Part shown: piece by piece, positions 1 through 9,734 of the stretch | Position numbering within the stretch: position 1 is the stretch's first letter | Layout of the letters: every line of letters begins with the position of its first letter | Made by a program: the position numbers and the translations under genes | Source of the DNA: Bacteroidia bacterium | Lineage (GTDB): Bacteria; Bacteroidota; Bacteroidia; UBA4408 | Assembly: GCA_035439485.1 (NCBI GenBank) | Contig: DAORKI010000001.1 | Location: 67,893 to 131,892, forward strand | Direction: 5' to 3' | Length of the DNA: 64,000 nucleotides | The notes under the pieces: model-generated | What the model was told of the DNA's origin: nothing | Seen by the model: only the letters and a program-made list of their open reading frames with translations | Databases searched by the model: none

Positions 1-4
1 TGTA

Positions 5-2467
5 GTGGTGAGTAATCAGTGCAACTCTGTAACAAGTGATACTATAAATGTAACTATTAATACACTCCCTACCACGCCAATAATACAAGCAAATGGACCA
101 ACCACATTCTGTGTTGGAGATTCAGTTGAATTAGAAGTGAGTAACCCGCAACAACAATCTCAAAACATTATTGCAAATGGACAATTTGATGCTGGAAACA
201 GTGATTTTACTTCACAATATATTTATCAAAATAACTTACAACCAGAAGGGACTGTTTTTGTAACTGATAACCCAAGTCTTAATCACCCAGCATTTGTTGG
301 AGTAGGTCAAGGAGGAGTGGGCAATTTCTTGGCAGTTAATGGTTCTTCTAATGCTGGTCAGTTTATCTGGCAACAAACAGTCACAGTTATTCCGAATCAA
401 ACTTATGACATTTCATTATTCTTAGGTTCCATGGTTGCCAATAATAACCCTGGAATGCTCCAATTAAGAGTGGATGGCGTAGATGTTGGTGTAGTTATGA
501 ATTGCCCAGGCCCTGTTAACCAGTGGATTCCGTATACAAATACTTGGACAGCAGGAGTTGCCTCAAGTGCAGTGATTTCATTGCATAGTATGAGTAGTGC
601 TTCTGGAGGAAATGATTTTGGCATAGATAACATTTCAATGATTTGTACCAGTTGTGCTGGATCTGGAAATGTGACTTATGTTTGGAGCAATTCAGAAACA
701 GGCACATCGATTTTTGCAAATACAACTGGATCTTATACTGTAACAGTTACTGATGCGATTGGCTGCTCAGCTACCTCATTACCAATTGATGTTATAGTTC
801 AAACCCCTCCAACAGTTAATTTAGGAGGTCCATACTCTCAGTGTGGTGGTAGTGTTACTTTGGATGCACAAAATGTTGGATCTTCCTATTTATGGTCGAA
901 TGGAGCAACTACTCAAACAATAACAATTTCAACTATTGGAACTACCAATGTTTCAGTAACCATTTCAAACTCTTGCGGATCATTTACTTCTGCACCTGCT
1001 GATGTTACTATTTTAGCTCCTCCATCACAAGCGACCATTACAGCAAATGGGCCAACAACCTTTTGCCCTGGGGATTCAGTAGTTTTATTTGCAAGCGCTG
1101 GAAGTTCATACTTATGGAGTCCGAATGGTGAAACAAGTCAAGCCATAGTAGCTTCTCAAACTGGAAATTACTCAGTTCAAGTCACTGCAACAAATGGATG
1201 TACATCTGTTAGTAATCCTACTTCTATAACCGTATTATCTGGTTCAGGAAATCCAGCTCAAATTACCGCCAGTGGGCCAACCACATTTTGCTTAGGAGGT
1301 TCTGTTACATTGTCCTCAAATAATCCAACTGGTAATTTATGGAATAATGGATCAAATCAACAAAACTTAACTGTGTTTAGTGCAGGAACATATATTTTAA
1401 CAGTAAATAATACTAGTGGTTGTCCGCTTGGAAGCGATACTATTGTTGTAACAACATTATTTAATCCAACAGCAGTAATTACCTTAAGTAATTCACCGCA
1501 GTTATGTGCTGGTGATTCTATTACATTAACTGTTAATAGTAATTTTGCTTATCAATGGAATCAAATTATAAATAATCAAAATGTAAACATTGGTAATTCT
1601 CAATCTATCACCGTAGATACCGCAGGAACTTACACTGTTGTTGTAACTGATACTAATGGATGTACCACAACAGCACAATCTGTATTAGTTACCACAGCAC
1701 CTCCAGCTAATAAACCAAATATTATCATAAACGGTCAATTGGCTTGTGGTTTTGGTGGTTCAGTTGAATTAGTTGCCAATGGTGGAAATAATTATTTATG
1801 GAGCAATGGAGAAACAAGTACTTCAATCATTATTACTCAACCTGGTTTATTTGCAGTTACATCTCAAAATACCTTTGGATGCGAATCAACCTCTGATTCA
1901 GTTTGGATACCACAAGGTCAAAGTAATATGAAGATTACCCTTGATGCTTTGGTATATGACAATGGGTTTTGGAATGTGAAATGTCCAAAAGGTAGTGATG
2001 GGCAAATTACCGCTGTAGTTACTGATGGTCAAGAACCATACACTTACGCTTGGGCAAGTGGGGAAACCACCCAAATAATAACTGGCTTAAAAGCTGGAGC
2101 AGATAATATTTATAAAGTTGTTGTAACAGATGCTTATGGATGCACAATAGAAGGATCAACAACATTAACAGAGCCGCCAGCAGTGCTTGACAAAATGCCA
2201 AGAGGATTTTCACCTGATGGTAATGGTGTAAATGATGAACTAGTTATCCCAGGAATAAAAGCCTATGTAGATAATAATGTTACCATTTTTAACCGATGGG
2301 GTAATGAGGTTTACAATAGTGAAGGGCCTTATTTGAATGATTGGACAGGTAAAGGTAAGAATGGAGAAGAATTACCAGAGGGAACTTACTTTATAGTTTT
2401 AACCGCAGACTCTCCAGAATGTGGCAAAATAGATGAAAACCGTTGGGTAGAACTTAGACGTAAATAA
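5..2467 (+). CDS. 5'-truncated large cell-surface adhesin-like protein. It has tandem Ig-like Cys-containing repeats, a SprB-type repeat and a T9SS type B C-terminal domain.
   Basis: Open frame from the window edge. Repeated ~80-aa units of the form TFCxGDSVxL...GxYxVxVTDxNGC. One SprB-like repeat (CPKGSDGQITAVVTDGQEPYTYAWASGETT...VVVTDAYGC). The C-terminus FSPDGNGVNDELVIPG...NRWGNEVY...GTYFIVL matches the gliding-motility-associated (type B) CTD. Confidence 0.8.
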   Translation: MVSNQCNSVTSDTINVTINTLPTTPIIQANGPTTFCVGDSVELEVSNPQQQSQNIIANGQFDAGNSDFTSQYIYQNNLQPEGTVFVTDNPSLNHPAFVGVGQGGVGNFLAVNGSSNAGQFIWQQTVTVIPNQTYDISLFLGSMVANNNPGMLQLRVDGVDVGVVMNCPGPVNQWIPYTNTWTAGVASSAVISLHSMSSASGGNDFGIDNISMICTSCAGSGNVTYVWSNSETGTSIFANTTGSYTVTVTDAIGCSATSLPIDVIVQTPPTVNLGGPYSQCGGSVTLDAQNVGSSYLWSNGATTQTITISTIGTTNVSVTISNSCGSFTSAPADVTILAPPSQATITANGPTTFCPGDSVVLFASAGSSYLWSPNGETSQAIVASQTGNYSVQVTATNGCTSVSNPTSITVLSGSGNPAQITASGPTTFCLGGSVTLSSNNPTGNLWNNGSNQQNLTVFSAGTYILTVNNTSGCPLGSDTIVVTTLFNPTAVITLSNSPQLCAGDSITLTVNSNFAYQWNQIINNQNVNIGNSQSITVDTAGTYTVVVTDTNGCTTTAQSVLVTTAPPANKPNIIINGQLACGFGGSVELVANGGNNYLWSNGETSTSIIITQPGLFAVTSQNTFGCESTSDSVWIPQGQSNMKITLDALVYDNGFWNVKCPKGSDGQITAVVTDGQEPYTYAWASGETTQIITGLKAGADNIYKVVVTDAYGCTIEGSTTLTEPPAVLDKMPRGFSPDGNGVNDELVIPGIKAYVDNNVTIFNRWGNEVYNSEGPYLNDWTGKGKNGEELPEGTYFIVLTADSPECGKIDENRWVELRRK

Positions 2468-2510
2468 TCATTATTAAAAAGAATATTTTAAGAATCGCAA
2501 TATAAATCAC

Positions 2511-3431
2511 ATGAAAAAGCTAATCATTGCCGCATCACTTATCATTTCTAGCGTAAGCGTGAATGCACAACAAGATATTATGCTTAGTCAGTATATGTTT
2601 AATGGTTTATTTTTAAACCCAGCGTACTCTGGCAGTCACAAGTATATGAGTGCTACTTTATTACATCGCAACCAATGGACAGGATGGGATGGAGCACCAA
2701 AAACAAATATCATTGGTATTGATGGTCCTTTAAGAAATCGTACCATGGGTTGGGGATTAATATTTGCAAATGACAAGATTGGTCCAACTACTCAAAATGA
2801 TATTATGGCTAATTATAGTTATCATTTAAAATTGGGTAAAGGAAAACTTTCACTTGGATTAAGAGGCGGTGCTTCTATTGTTTCAAGTAATTTGCAAGGA
2901 GTGAGTACTGTAATAGGTGGAGATGAAGCATTTGCTACAAACATCAAAAGTTCCTTTTTACCAAAATTTGGAACAGGGGCTTATTATTATACTAAAAAGT
3001 ACTATGCTGGTATTTCTATCCCAACATTAATAGCCTATGACCCTGATAAAAATTTTAATTTTGATTTAAATAAATCTTCAGATGCAAGAAGACATTATTT
3101 TATTACTGGAGGATATGTATTTGAATTAAGTGATATGATTAAATTGAAACCATCAGTATTATTAAAGTATCAAAAGGCTGCCCCATTGCAAGCAGATATT
3201 AATTGCAATGTATTAATTAATGATGTATTTTGGATTGGCGCTTCCTATAGAACTAATGCAGCTGTAATAGGCATAATTGAGTACCAAATTAACCCTATGT
3301 TTAGAGTTGGATATGCATATGATTATTCAACCACTGCCATAAATAGATATTCCTCAGGTTCCCATGAAGTAATGATAGGAATTGATCTGGGACATGATAT
3401 TATGAAAAGTAAAAACCCGCGTTATTTTTAG
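2511..3431 (+). CDS. Type IX secretion system membrane protein of the PorP/SprF family.
   Basis: Signal peptide, then QQDIMLSQYMFNGLFLNPAYSG, the characteristic PorP/SprF N-terminal motif. It ends with an aromatic residue, consistent with a beta-barrel. It lies immediately downstream of a type B CTD cargo gene, as is typical for this pairing. Confidence 0.85.
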   Translation: MKKLIIAASLIISSVSVNAQQDIMLSQYMFNGLFLNPAYSGSHKYMSATLLHRNQWTGWDGAPKTNIIGIDGPLRNRTMGWGLIFANDKIGPTTQNDIMANYSYHLKLGKGKLSLGLRGGASIVSSNLQGVSTVIGGDEAFATNIKSSFLPKFGTGAYYYTKKYYAGISIPTLIAYDPDKNFNFDLNKSSDARRHYFITGGYVFELSDMIKLKPSVLLKYQKAAPLQADINCNVLINDVFWIGASYRTNAAVIGIIEYQINPMFRVGYAYDYSTTAINRYSSGSHEVMIGIDLGHDIMKSKNPRYF

Positions 3432-3479
3432 ATTATAGAAGCAATTAGGAGCATTATATACCCAAAGACAAATCGTAAA

Positions 3480-5393
3480 ATGAAGAAAAATATTACCACC
3501 TCTTGTTTAGTTTTGCTATCGCTTTTTATTTTGAGTGGATGTGCTAAGATATACACTGCTTTAGGCGATAAAAACATGGAGCAACTTGAATATGTTAAAG
3601 CAGCTAAAAACTATGAAAAAGCCATAGGTAAAAAATCGAATATTGTTGCTCAAAAGAAACTGGCAAACACTTATCGATTAATGAATGATACAAAAAAAGG
3701 AGTTGATGCCTATGCAAAAGTAATTGGTCAGTCAAATGCAGAACCCATAGATAGATTTTATTATGCCCAAATGCTAATTGCAAACAAAAAGCATGGCGAA
3801 GCTGCTGTAATTTTGAGAGAGTATTTGAAATCGAACCCAAGCGATAAATTGGCTGAAACTATGTTAAAATCTTGTGAAGCACCTCAAGTATTTATGAAAG
3901 ATTCAGCAAAGTATACAGTAACTAATGCTAAAATTGGTAATGTAACGGAATTTTATGGTCCTGTTCAATATAAAGATGGATTGGTAATTAGTGCAAACAT
4001 TGATGGAAAAGGAAAAGATAAAGTACCTCAATCAGGAAAGTCTTATTATAAGTTGTATTTCACTAAGAAAGATAAAAATGGTTCATATACCACACCTGAA
4101 AAGTTAAGTGGAAACATCAATAAAAACAAGTTGCATACAGCATCAGCTACCTATTTAAAAGATGGTAGTGTAGTTTATTATACTGCAAGCAATACTGATG
4201 GTTTATCGAAATCGGAACTTTTAGAAAATCTTATTGGATTAAAAATTAATAAAGACTCCATCTCAGGAGGAAATTATGTAAAGGGTTCAGAGTTTCCATT
4301 TAATAACAAATCATATTCAGTGGGTCATCCTGCATTAACACCTGACGGAAAAACAATGTATTTTATTTCAGATATGCCAGGTGGACAAGGTGGAACTGAT
4401 ATTTATGAAACTAAATGGGAAAATAATAATTGGACCCAGCTTAAAAATTTGGGTGATAAAATAAATACTGCTGGAAATGAGATGTATCCATTCGTGGATA
4501 GTTTAGGTAATTTGTATTTTTCATCCAATGGTCATAAAAGCTTTGGAGGCTTAGATATTTTTAAAGTAGTTAAAAATGGGAATGAGTGGGGCCAAGTTGA
4601 AAATATGAATTATCCAATAAACAGCACTAAAGATGATTTTGGTTACATGGCTTATTCTGACCAAAAAACAGGTTTCTTGAGCAGTAATAGAGAAGGTTCA
4701 GATAAAATTTACGAATTTATTTTACAGGCATCAAAAGTAAATATTGGAGGAAAAATATTAAGTAAAATTGATGGTAAGCCTATAGCGGGAGCTAAAATTG
4801 AGATTACAGATAAGGCAAGAAATACAACTGATACCATTTTTTCTGCTGAAGATGGAAGTTATTCATATTCGCTGGCCCCAAACACTGATTTTGATATTAC
4901 GGTTTCTAAAGATGGTTATTTTAGCCAATCAGAAGATATATCAACTAACAACCAAGTTGGAGACCTTACCAAAGACTTTACTTTGGAAGAATTAGTTAAG
5001 GATAAACCGATAGTAATTGACGAAGCTAATGACAAAGGAATTAGACCAATTTTTTATGACTACGATAAATCTGAGATTCGTACTGATGCGCATGAGCCAT
5101 TAAACAAATTAGCAAAACAATTAAAAGACAATCCAAATATCACAATTGAATTAAGTTCACATACTGATTGCAGAGGTACAGATAATTACAATCAAGATTT
5201 ATCTTTTAGAAGAGCGAAAAGTGCAAAAAACTATCTTGTTAATAAAGGAGGGGTAAAAGCCAATAGAATCAAAATTAAAGGCTATGGCGAGACCAAACCA
5301 GTTAACAAATGTGTTGATGGTGTATCTTGTACTGATGAAGAATATCAGGCAAACAGAAGAACAGAATTTAAGGTAATTGAAATAAATAAATAA
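3480..5393 (+). CDS. OmpA-family lipoprotein with a PG1058-like multidomain architecture: TPR-like region, TolB/PD40 beta-propeller repeats, CarboxypepD_reg-like domain and OmpA C-terminal domain.
   Basis: Lipoprotein signal (LSGC). PD40-like repeat (HPALTPDGKTMYFISDMPGGQGGTDIY). Carboxypeptidase-regulatory-like beta-sandwich (GGKILSKIDGKPIAGAKIEITD...). OmpA_C motif (NITIELSSHTDCRGTDNYNQDLSFRRAKSAKNYL...GYGETKP). Confidence 0.8.
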   Translation: MKKNITTSCLVLLSLFILSGCAKIYTALGDKNMEQLEYVKAAKNYEKAIGKKSNIVAQKKLANTYRLMNDTKKGVDAYAKVIGQSNAEPIDRFYYAQMLIANKKHGEAAVILREYLKSNPSDKLAETMLKSCEAPQVFMKDSAKYTVTNAKIGNVTEFYGPVQYKDGLVISANIDGKGKDKVPQSGKSYYKLYFTKKDKNGSYTTPEKLSGNINKNKLHTASATYLKDGSVVYYTASNTDGLSKSELLENLIGLKINKDSISGGNYVKGSEFPFNNKSYSVGHPALTPDGKTMYFISDMPGGQGGTDIYETKWENNNWTQLKNLGDKINTAGNEMYPFVDSLGNLYFSSNGHKSFGGLDIFKVVKNGNEWGQVENMNYPINSTKDDFGYMAYSDQKTGFLSSNREGSDKIYEFILQASKVNIGGKILSKIDGKPIAGAKIEITDKARNTTDTIFSAEDGSYSYSLAPNTDFDITVSKDGYFSQSEDISTNNQVGDLTKDFTLEELVKDKPIVIDEANDKGIRPIFYDYDKSEIRTDAHEPLNKLAKQLKDNPNITIELSSHTDCRGTDNYNQDLSFRRAKSAKNYLVNKGGVKANRIKIKGYGETKPVNKCVDGVSCTDEEYQANRRTEFKVIEINK

Positions 5394-5404
5394 TATTTCA
5401 AGGA

Positions 5405-5857
5405 ATGGCATCGGTTGGAATTAATAAGGTGATTCTTGCAGGAAATTTAGGGAAAGATCCCGAAGTAAGGCATTTAGAAGGAGGGGCTGTTGTAGCAAAT
5501 TTTCCTTTAGCAACTACTGAATACTACAAAGATAAAAATGGGAATAAAGTAGAGCAAACGGAATGGCATAACATTGTACTTTGGAGAGCACAAGCTGAAT
5601 ATGCTGAAAAATATTTAAAAAAAGGCTTCACCATTTTGGTAGAGGGAAAATTAAAAACACGTGCTTGGGAAGATAAAGACAAGAACAAACGTTACACCAC
5701 TGAAATTTACGGAGATAGTATTACGATATTAATTGGAAATAGAAGAGATGAAAGTAATACTGCATCTACGCAAATACACCAGTCTGCCCAAAGTACTGAT
5801 GCATCTAGTTCTAATTCAACAACATCAGCAACAAACCCTGATGATTTGCCATTTTAA
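5405..5857 (+). CDS. ssb: Single-stranded DNA-binding protein.
   Basis: OB-fold SSB N-terminus (INKVILAGNLGKDPEVR...TEWHNIVLW), followed by a Gly/Ser/Thr-rich tail ending in the acidic DDLPF motif. Confidence 0.9.
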   Translation: MASVGINKVILAGNLGKDPEVRHLEGGAVVANFPLATTEYYKDKNGNKVEQTEWHNIVLWRAQAEYAEKYLKKGFTILVEGKLKTRAWEDKDKNKRYTTEIYGDSITILIGNRRDESNTASTQIHQSAQSTDASSSNSTTSATNPDDLPF

Positions 5858-5873
5858 CTTAAAATAATTTAAC

Positions 5874-7244
5874 TTGGACGGTTCGGTCAGTTGCCCCTTG
5901 GGCATAGTTACAGGATTTATTTTTCATGGCTTTGGGCCTCAATCATTTTTAGAATTATCCATTATTGGGATATTGCTTATCTTTTCAGCATTTATTGCAG
6001 CCGCAGAGGTTTCTTTTTTTTCTCTTTCCCCAAGTGATTTTGAATATTTAAGTCAAGATAAAAGTACCGCGGCACAGAAGGTAAATCAAGTTTTAGACAA
6101 GCCAAAAAGCTTAATTGCAACCATTGTTTTGAGCCATAACTTGGTGAATATTGGCGTGGTCATTATATCAGAAATGTTTTTTGACCAGCATTTTAATTTT
6201 GGAGACAATCCGTTTTTGGGTTTTATAATTGAAGTTGTTGTAGTAACTTTCATTATATTGTTAATTGGCGAAGTAATTCCCAAAATATTTGCTTCAAAGA
6301 GTCCAAGAAAAATTGCAGTTAAAATGATTCACATTTTTGATTTTGCGCAAAGGGTATTGTGGCCATTTGTTTGGGTCTTGGTTTCCATTGCAGGAGCATT
6401 TGATAAAAGAATCAAACAAAAAACACCTGATTTGTCAGTTGACCAGCTTTCACAGGCGCTTGAACTTACATCCAGTGAACACACCCCCGAAGAAGAAAGA
6501 AAAATTTTACAAGGAATTGTAGAATTTGGAAACACCGAGGTAAGTCAAATTATGAAACCAAGAATTGATGTTGTTGCTTTTGATGAAAATACCCCCTTCC
6601 TTGAAGTGATTGATTTGATTATTAAGAATGGTTTCTCGCGTGTTCCTGTATATAGTGATACCTTAGATAAAGTGGTGGGTGTTTTATTTATAAAAGACTT
6701 AATAGCTCATTTAGATAAAGATAATGATTTTAAGTGGCAAACTTTATTAAGACCAGCTTTTTTTGTTCCAGAAAGCAAAAAAATAGATGACTTAATGAAA
6801 GAGTTTCAAATAAAAAAAATTCATTTAGCTATTGTTGTTGATGAATATGGCGGAACTAATGGTATTGTTACCTTAGAAGATGTTATTGAAGAAGTAATTG
6901 GTGAAATCAATGATGAGTTTGATGTAGAGGAGTTGGTTTATTCAAAATTAGATGATAATAATTATGTATTTGAAGCAAAAATACCATTGAATGATTTATA
7001 TCGAGTATTAGATATTGATGGCCAAGCCTTTGAGGAAAAGAAAGGCGAATCAGATACGCTTGCAGGTTTTATATTAGAGCTAAGTGGAAAAATTCCTGTA
7101 AAGAATGAGAAAATAAATTTCGATAATTATATTTTCACAGTTGAATCTGTTGACAAAAGGAGGATTAAAAGAATTAAACTTACTATCATTAAACATATAG
7201 AACATAGCGGATTTCATGAAGTAGGGAAAATTATCCCAAGTTTT
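5874..7244 (+). CDS. gldE: Gliding motility protein GldE, a CorC/HlyC family protein with DUF21 TM domain, CBS pair and CorC_HlyC domain. The end coordinate is nominal because there is no in-frame stop before gldD.
   Basis: TTG start in the track. N-terminal DUF21 TM region (SAFIAAAEVSFFSL). CBS pair (ILQGIVEFGNTEVSQIMKPRIDVV...IVTLEDVIEEVIGEI). CorC_HlyC C-terminal domain. Immediately downstream of ssb, as in the F. johnsoniae ssb-gldE-gldD locus. Confidence 0.8.
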
Positions 7245-7811
7245 GTGATTCCAATATTTCTTTTAGGAACTTTGTTTTTTTCTTCTTGTGATGAAGAATA
7301 TACACCCAAACCAAGAGGATATTTTAGAATAGATTTGCCAGAACATTCTTATCAAAAATTTGAGTCGGATTGTCCTTTTTCATTTGATTATTCAACAATG
7401 GCTGAAGCTAGAGTGTATCAAGGAAAGCAATTGGAACAATGTTGGTATAATATCGAGTATAAAAAATTGAACGCCACTCTGCATTTGAGCTACACACCAA
7501 TACAGAATCAAGCCGATTTAGAATTACAACTTGCAAATTCAAGAACCTTGGTTTATAAACATACAGTAAAAGCTGATGGTATAGAAGAAATTCCAATTAA
7601 TTTTGATGGCATAAGAGTGTATGGATTGCTATACAATTTGAGTGGAAATAGTGCCTCGCAAGCTCAATTTTATTTAACTGACAGTACAAAGCATTTTATA
7701 AGATGTGCATTGTATTTTAATTCGAGCCCCAATGCAGATTCCATAGCTCCTGTGCTCAATTATGTCAATAAAGATATTGATCGATTTATTACTTCATTCA
7801 CATGGAAGTAG
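7245..7811 (+). CDS. gldD: Gliding motility lipoprotein GldD-like. It is in the same frame as gldE with no intervening stop. Possible internal GTG start at 7245.
   Basis: Hydrophobic segment IPIFLLGTLFFSSC with lipobox Cys, then CDEEYTPKPRGYFRIDLPEHSY, resembling the GldD N-terminus. Its position after gldE matches the known gene order. The start is unresolved because there is no ATG; GTG at 7245 is in frame. Confidence 0.55.
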   Translation: MIPIFLLGTLFFSSCDEEYTPKPRGYFRIDLPEHSYQKFESDCPFSFDYSTMAEARVYQGKQLEQCWYNIEYKKLNATLHLSYTPIQNQADLELQLANSRTLVYKHTVKADGIEEIPINFDGIRVYGLLYNLSGNSASQAQFYLTDSTKHFIRCALYFNSSPNADSIAPVLNYVNKDIDRFITSFTWK

Positions 7812-7991
7812 ATTATTTTTAAAACTTAATATTTCTAAATATCCTTATTATTTTTGATAAATGCCAACTGAAGAAAAGATGCATTCGAGTTATATTGCTT
7901 TCTGGCATGGTTCATTATTTTTCAATTGATATAATTTTTATCTATAAACCAATTAATTAATTAAATTCGCAATCAAATAGACAACAAGAAA

Positions 7992-8246
7992 ATGATTAAT
8001 AGCGAAATATATCAAAGAATTGAGGAAGCGCTTAAGCAAATTAGGCCATTTTTAGAAGCCGATGGAGGCAATGTTTCTTTGGTTGATGTTACCGAGGATT
8101 ATATAGCGCGAGTAAAACTTCATGGCAGTTGTAGTACATGCAATATGAGCATGATGACTATGAAGGCAGGCGTTGAAGAAACTGTAAAGAAGGCAGTAAA
8201 AGAAATAAAGGCTGTTGAAGCAATTAATCTACCAGTTATTGTGTAA
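7992..8246 (+). CDS. NifU-like Fe-S cluster assembly domain protein (Nfu-type).
   Basis: 84 aa containing the CxxC motif (HGSCSTCNMS) and the conserved LVDV / GGNVSL scaffold typical of NifU C-terminal domain proteins. Confidence 0.7.
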   Translation: MINSEIYQRIEEALKQIRPFLEADGGNVSLVDVTEDYIARVKLHGSCSTCNMSMMTMKAGVEETVKKAVKEIKAVEAINLPVIV

Positions 8247-8255
8247 GTTTTTTAT

Positions 8256-8762
8256 ATGATAAAAGCAAATATAAATAATCAATCATTTGACATTATTTTT
8301 GAAGATAAAAGCTTTAAGAAAGGCACTATCAATAGCCAAATGTTTGAGTTAGATAGGACAAAATCAACTTCAAATAGTTGGCACATTCTAAGAGAAGGAA
8401 AATCTTTTAATATTGAAATTTTAAAAATTGATAGAGTTGCTAAACAAGTTGATTTAAAATTAAATGGCAAGCGTAATTCAGTAAAATTGAGCGATCAATT
8501 CGATGCGTTATTAAAAAGTTTGGGGATGGATAGCATGGCAAGTAAAAAAGTACTTGAGTTAAAAGCACCAATGCCAGGCTTAGTATTAAATATTGCTGTT
8601 GGTGAAGGTGATACAATTGCAAAAGGAGATGCATTAATTGTGCTTGAAGCCATGAAAATGGAGAATATAATTAAGTCACCAACTGATGGAATAATAAAAA
8701 AAATACATGCGGTTAAGGGCAACGCTGTTGAAAAAAATCAAATATTGATTTCATTCCAATAA
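8256..8762 (+). CDS. Biotin/lipoyl attachment domain protein, similar to a biotin carboxyl carrier protein.
   Basis: The C-terminal ~70 aa carry the biotinyl-domain motif EAMKMEN (LVLNIAVGEGDTIAKGDALIVLEAMKMENIIKSPTDGII). The N-terminal ~90 aa are of unknown function. Confidence 0.7.
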   Translation: MIKANINNQSFDIIFEDKSFKKGTINSQMFELDRTKSTSNSWHILREGKSFNIEILKIDRVAKQVDLKLNGKRNSVKLSDQFDALLKSLGMDSMASKKVLELKAPMPGLVLNIAVGEGDTIAKGDALIVLEAMKMENIIKSPTDGIIKKIHAVKGNAVEKNQILISFQ

Positions 8763-8771
8763 TTCATTGTT

Positions 8772-9689
8772 ATGCTAGTTTCTGTTGTTATACCCTGTTA
8801 TAATGTTGAAAATTACATTGCCCAATGTTTGCAGGCATTGCTTGCACAACAATACAAAGATTTACAAATAATTTGCGTCAACAACAATTCAACCGATAGT
8901 ACTTTATCCATACTAACAAGATTTGCAACTGAACATAGTTCCTTAATTACTTTAGTTGAAGAACTACAAAAGGGTGCGCCATATGCTAGAAATAGAGGAT
9001 TGCAAGAAGTACATGGTGAATATGTACAGTTTTTAGATGCAGATGATTTATTGGAGCCCGAAAAAATTGCACACCAAGTTAATTTAATTAAGAACAATAA
9101 TTTCCCTGATTTTATAGCGGCTAATTATTATAGAGAATCAGTAGAGGGTAATAAAAAGTTACATCAAGTGCATCGTAATGATTTTTGGCTTGGTTTACTA
9201 TACACTCAACTTGGTATTACTAGTGCAAATATTTTTAAAACCAGTTCAGTAAAATCAGCAGGAGCTTTTGATGTAACATTAAAAAGTAGTCAAGAGTATG
9301 CCTTAATGTTTAGTATTATGCGCTTAAGCGGCAAAGTTTGCGCTGATGCAAGAGCCTTAACCATAGTAAGAGATAGAAAAGGAGGCTCAATTACGCAACA
9401 AAACGTAGCCGAGAATTTGGAACGATACCTCCATCTTAGAATAAGAATCTTAAAATATTTGGAAGAAAATGTAGATAAAAGCAAAATGCAGCCATATTAT
9501 CAGGCTTTGTTTGATGCTATAAGAGTTTTGTATAAACATAATAAAGATGCATCCATTAAAGCATTTAAGGAAAATTTGCCTAAAAGCTTTAAACCAACTT
9601 CAAGCGCTGCCACAACTGCAAGCTACTGCCTACTTTTTAGAATATTTGGCTTTGAAAACACTGAAAAAATAAAGTCGGCAGTAAAATAA
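8772..9689 (+). CDS. Family 2 glycosyltransferase.
   Basis: N-terminal VSVVIPCYNVENYIAQCL...DSTDST...LDADD motif pattern of the GT2 (GT-A fold, DxD) family. Confidence 0.8.
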   Translation: MLVSVVIPCYNVENYIAQCLQALLAQQYKDLQIICVNNNSTDSTLSILTRFATEHSSLITLVEELQKGAPYARNRGLQEVHGEYVQFLDADDLLEPEKIAHQVNLIKNNNFPDFIAANYYRESVEGNKKLHQVHRNDFWLGLLYTQLGITSANIFKTSSVKSAGAFDVTLKSSQEYALMFSIMRLSGKVCADARALTIVRDRKGGSITQQNVAENLERYLHLRIRILKYLEENVDKSKMQPYYQALFDAIRVLYKHNKDASIKAFKENLPKSFKPTSSAATTASYCLLFRIFGFENTEKIKSAVK

Positions 9690-9734
9690 AACAGTCATAT
9701 TTGATAACTTTGCAATTTAATTAATATATTAAAT

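Noticed and set aside
403-725. Small minus-strand ORFs inside the first large adhesin gene. The same applies to many other 60-120-aa ORFs nested in long genes, e.g. 2019-2213, 3604-3840, 13217-13438 and 52976-53293.
   Set aside because: They are fully contained within strongly supported long CDSs on the other strand or frame, and they have no start context or domain signal.
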